Of a stretch of DNA of 64,000 nucleotides, positions 61,261 to 64,000 are shown piece by piece. The position numbers were made by a program, and so were the translations under genes. How positions within the stretch are numbered: position 1 is the first letter of the stretch; every line of letters begins with the position of its first letter. The stretch spans positions 36,347-100,346 of the forward strand of contig CAXXSM010000025.1 of the NCBI GenBank assembly GCA_963663405.2, given 5' to 3'. A model generated the notes under the pieces. That model saw only the letters and a program-made list of their open reading frames with translations, was not told the DNA's origin and made no database searches. The stretch is from a bacterium. Its GTDB lineage: Bacteria; Hinthialibacterota; Hinthialibacteria; Hinthialibacterales; Hinthialibacteraceae.

Positions 61261-63039
61261 GAGGGAGCCATGAGACGGGACTGGACATCACCTCGCGCAT
61301 TCGGCCTGCCGTTCTGGAATTAAATCTCGCCGCGTTGAAACTAAGTCAATCCTCACTTGCGGCGAAAGTTTCCGCCTGTCAAGAACCGGATATGATTCGC
61401 GTCTGTATGATCCGGGAAGGGATTTTTGAACTGCAGCGCCGCTTCGAAGATGGCCGCGAAGAAATATACGACGCGCAGATCTGCCACTATCAATTCACTC
61501 AAGCCAGCCAGCAGATCCAAGCCGCCGTTTCACAAGGTTCGGAACTCATCGTACTGTTCGGCGCGGGTTCCGGCGCATTCTTTCCCAAATTAAGCCCTTT
61601 ATTTTCCAAGTACACTAGTTGGCAATTATTCATCGTTGCGCGGGATTGGATCGAGATCAGCGTCCTGGCGCATCTCTATCCTCTTGTGGACGCGATCCGG
61701 GATCGCGTCTTTATTTTTGTGTGAACAGCCGGAAATCGATTCAACAAACGATCTCCCACTTTGGATTTGGAAACCGGACAGGAATTCGTCTACTATCCGG
61801 TTTGCCACAAGAAAACACAGCGTTAAAAGATTCCCTTAAAGCAGCGTTAAACGATGACCGGCTGGAACAGAGCCGATTGGCCGAACGCGCGATTCAATTT
61901 TATCAGGACAATCCTCCAAATGAATGCGGCAAGGTTCTCTTTATCGATCCCTGGGAAAATTATCCGGGCAGTTGGATGATCGACGGGATCGCGCAGGCGT
62001 TCGCGCTTCAAGGCCTGACAGTCCGGCGGTTGAATCTTCCTACATCGGTCAAACCGTTCAATTCAGTTTTTCGAAAAGAAGATCATACGCAGGTTCTTCA
62101 AGCGTTGAATACATTCCATCCCGATTTGATTTTTACAATGCAGTATGAGTTGAGTTATTATCTGCCGCCGGAGGTCTGCCAGGAACTGCGATGCCCGAAC
62201 GCGTTTTATGGCGTGGATTATATCAATTGCCACGCTGGACCGGGGCGGGAGCGGCGTCTCTATATCGCCTGTACCAGCGAGAAACGAGCGGCGTTTCTAT
62301 CTACGTATCCCCTGACCGCGTTCCTTCCTTTCGCAACCGCGATCCCTGTTATTCGAGAATTGCCACGTCCGGAGTATCAATGTCCCGTCAGTTTTCTGGG
62401 CAGCGGGGGAGCGCCGAAAGCGCAAAGGGCGCAGTGGGAAAAGACGCTGCGGGAGAAAAAATTATTGGATTCCGCGCAGGAAACCATCAGCCAATTGCTA
62501 GCTGGTACAAACTTCGATGAACTCTGTCAAAGGAAAACAATAAGTTCGCTGCCTCAAAAACTATTGGACTTGTTCAAGATGTACTGTATCTCTGAAGGGC
62601 AGCGGAAACGGCGTATGGCTTTTCTCACGCCATTGTTACCCTATGGGCTGCGCTTGTATGGCTCCAGTTTCCGGCAGGCGAGTGATAATCCCAAAATCCA
62701 TCAGGCAACGTACGATAACGTGGCGTCATCCCGGCGTTTCAGTCTCTATGTGTCCAGCGCGATCAATATCAACATTCACGCCGCCGACCGGCATGACAGC
62801 CCCAATGTGCGTTTTTTTGAAATCCCAGCGGCGCCGGGATTCATGCTCACCGACTATCGCAAGGCGTACACGAATTTTTTGACGAAGAAGAAACCTCCTA
62901 TTTCACCACGGCAGAAGAACTGACGGAAAAAGTAGATTACTTTCTCTGCTATCCAGAGGAGCGTGAGCCATATATTGAAAGAGGATTCCGGCGCGTACAA
63001 TCGGCGCTGACCTGGGATCACTGGGCGGAGGCGTTTTAA
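61257..63039 (+). CDS. CgeB-like glycosyltransferase with a Maf-like N-terminus (indels; end approximate)
   Basis: NLAAL, LFGAGSG; VSFLGS, LRLYG, LY.SSAININ, PNVRFFE, GFMLTD. Confidence 0.72.
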
Positions 63040-63149
63040 AAGACGCCGCCGCGCCGTATTTTCGGATCTTCAATGGTTCCAATGAATCGATTCTTGAGCG
63101 GACACGCTATCCAAGTGATTAAACGAAAAAATTGGATAGGAATATTATT

Positions 63150-63483
63150 TTGTCTGAATCAGGATGGCCAGGATGAAAGGATGATCAGGATTTTTTTTCT
63201 CCATCTTAATCACTGTCACATTTCGGTAAGCAATGCCACACTTATAATACCTATCCTGAATATCCCGCCCATCCTGATTCTGACAATTTTTCTTAAAGCC
63301 TTCCCCTTGCTACCCAGCTAATTGATATAGACTCTGTTTTGTCTGAATCAGGATATCCAAGATGAAAGGATGACCAGGATTTTTTTTCTCATCTTAATCC
63401 ATATCACATTTCGGCAAGCAATACCAAACTTATAATACATATCCTGAATATCCTGCCCATCCAGCCTATCCTGATTCTGACAA
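63150..63483. mobile_element. Two tandem ~140-bp MITE-like elements (63150-63286, 63339-63483)
   Basis: Each copy is bounded by TTGTCTGAATCAGGAT ... ATCCTGATTCTGACAA (16-bp inverted repeat, 1 mismatch); interiors align. Confidence 0.75.
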
Positions 63484-64000
63484 ATCATAACCAAGGTTGA
63501 GAAAATCCTGATTATCCCGAAACGCCATTGCTACGCCTTTCTGCAATGCAGGTGATAAAATGGTTTTCCACTTTTCGATTTCCCTTGTTTCAGGATCGCG
63601 GTAATAATCAGACCGGTTGTACCAAACCTCATCCAGTGTTTTTTCACCTGCATGCGTATGAGAGCCGGGATGAAGTATCGATTCCGTCCAAGGAACGCCT
63701 AAAAAATCACACAATGATTTCGTTTCCCGCTCTGGATTGGAGACCAAACGTTCGTAGATCACATTCACCACGCGTGTTGGTTCGAACCGAACTGCTTGAA
63801 AACCAGCACCCGCGCATTTTTTTATGCACTCGATCGCATTCTGGGGAGACGTGAGGAAAGAGGGAATCGGATTGCCTTTTTTTCGTATTCGATTCGCGAC
63901 CTGCATCATGGAAGCCACGATCGCGCGTGGATCGCGTACGACATGGATAAAACGCGCGGCGGGCAGGATCTGCAAAAGGTCCTTGAACGCAAGCGCATTG
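63466..64000 (-). CDS. Sulfotransferase (Sulfotransfer_3-like), 5'-truncated by the window edge
   Basis: ARFIHVVRDPRAIVASM, YERLVSNPE...LCDFLG.PW, KWK; frame is open to the window end. Confidence 0.88.
   Translation of the reverse strand, partial: NALAFKDLLQILPAARFIHVVRDPRAIVASMMQVANRIRKKGNPIPSFLTSPQNAIECIKKCAGAGFQAVRFEPTRVVNVIYERLVSNPERETKSLCDFLGVPWTESILHPGSHTHAGEKTLDEVWYNRSDYYRDPETREIEKWKTILSPALQKGVAMAFRDNQDFLNLGYDLSESG

Noticed and set aside
63150-63483. CRISPR array
   Set aside because: Only two long units with similar interiors, no unique spacers and no cas genes.

Overview
Bacterial chromosomal window with about 42 protein-coding loci. I found no rRNA, tRNA, CRISPR array or transposase. 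The gene style suggests a poorly cultured diderm lineage such as Hinthialibacterota (OLB16) or Sumerlaeota, which is inference only. Many genes are split by single-base indels, often in homopolymer runs, which most likely reflects long-read assembly error. Main content: (1) an Hmc/DsrMK-like membrane redox operon whose NrfD-type subunit appears fused to a hexaheme cytochrome c3 domain, with a PAS kinase, two receiver proteins, and a divergent OrpR-like sigma54 activator with a visible -24/-12 promoter and enhancer sites; (2) a ParDE toxin-antitoxin pair; (3) surface-glycan genes, a sugar catabolic operon, BlaI/BlaR1, trmB, pyrD, HU, fliN and an orphan pseudopilin; (4) several small intergenic repeat families. 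The most striking observation is that seven mostly unrelated exported proteins end in a similar short motif, approximately [STP]-x-[VAL]-x-[DNCG]-W-x-[LVM]-[YF]-COOH. This is a candidate lineage-specific C-terminal sorting or surface-anchoring signal.
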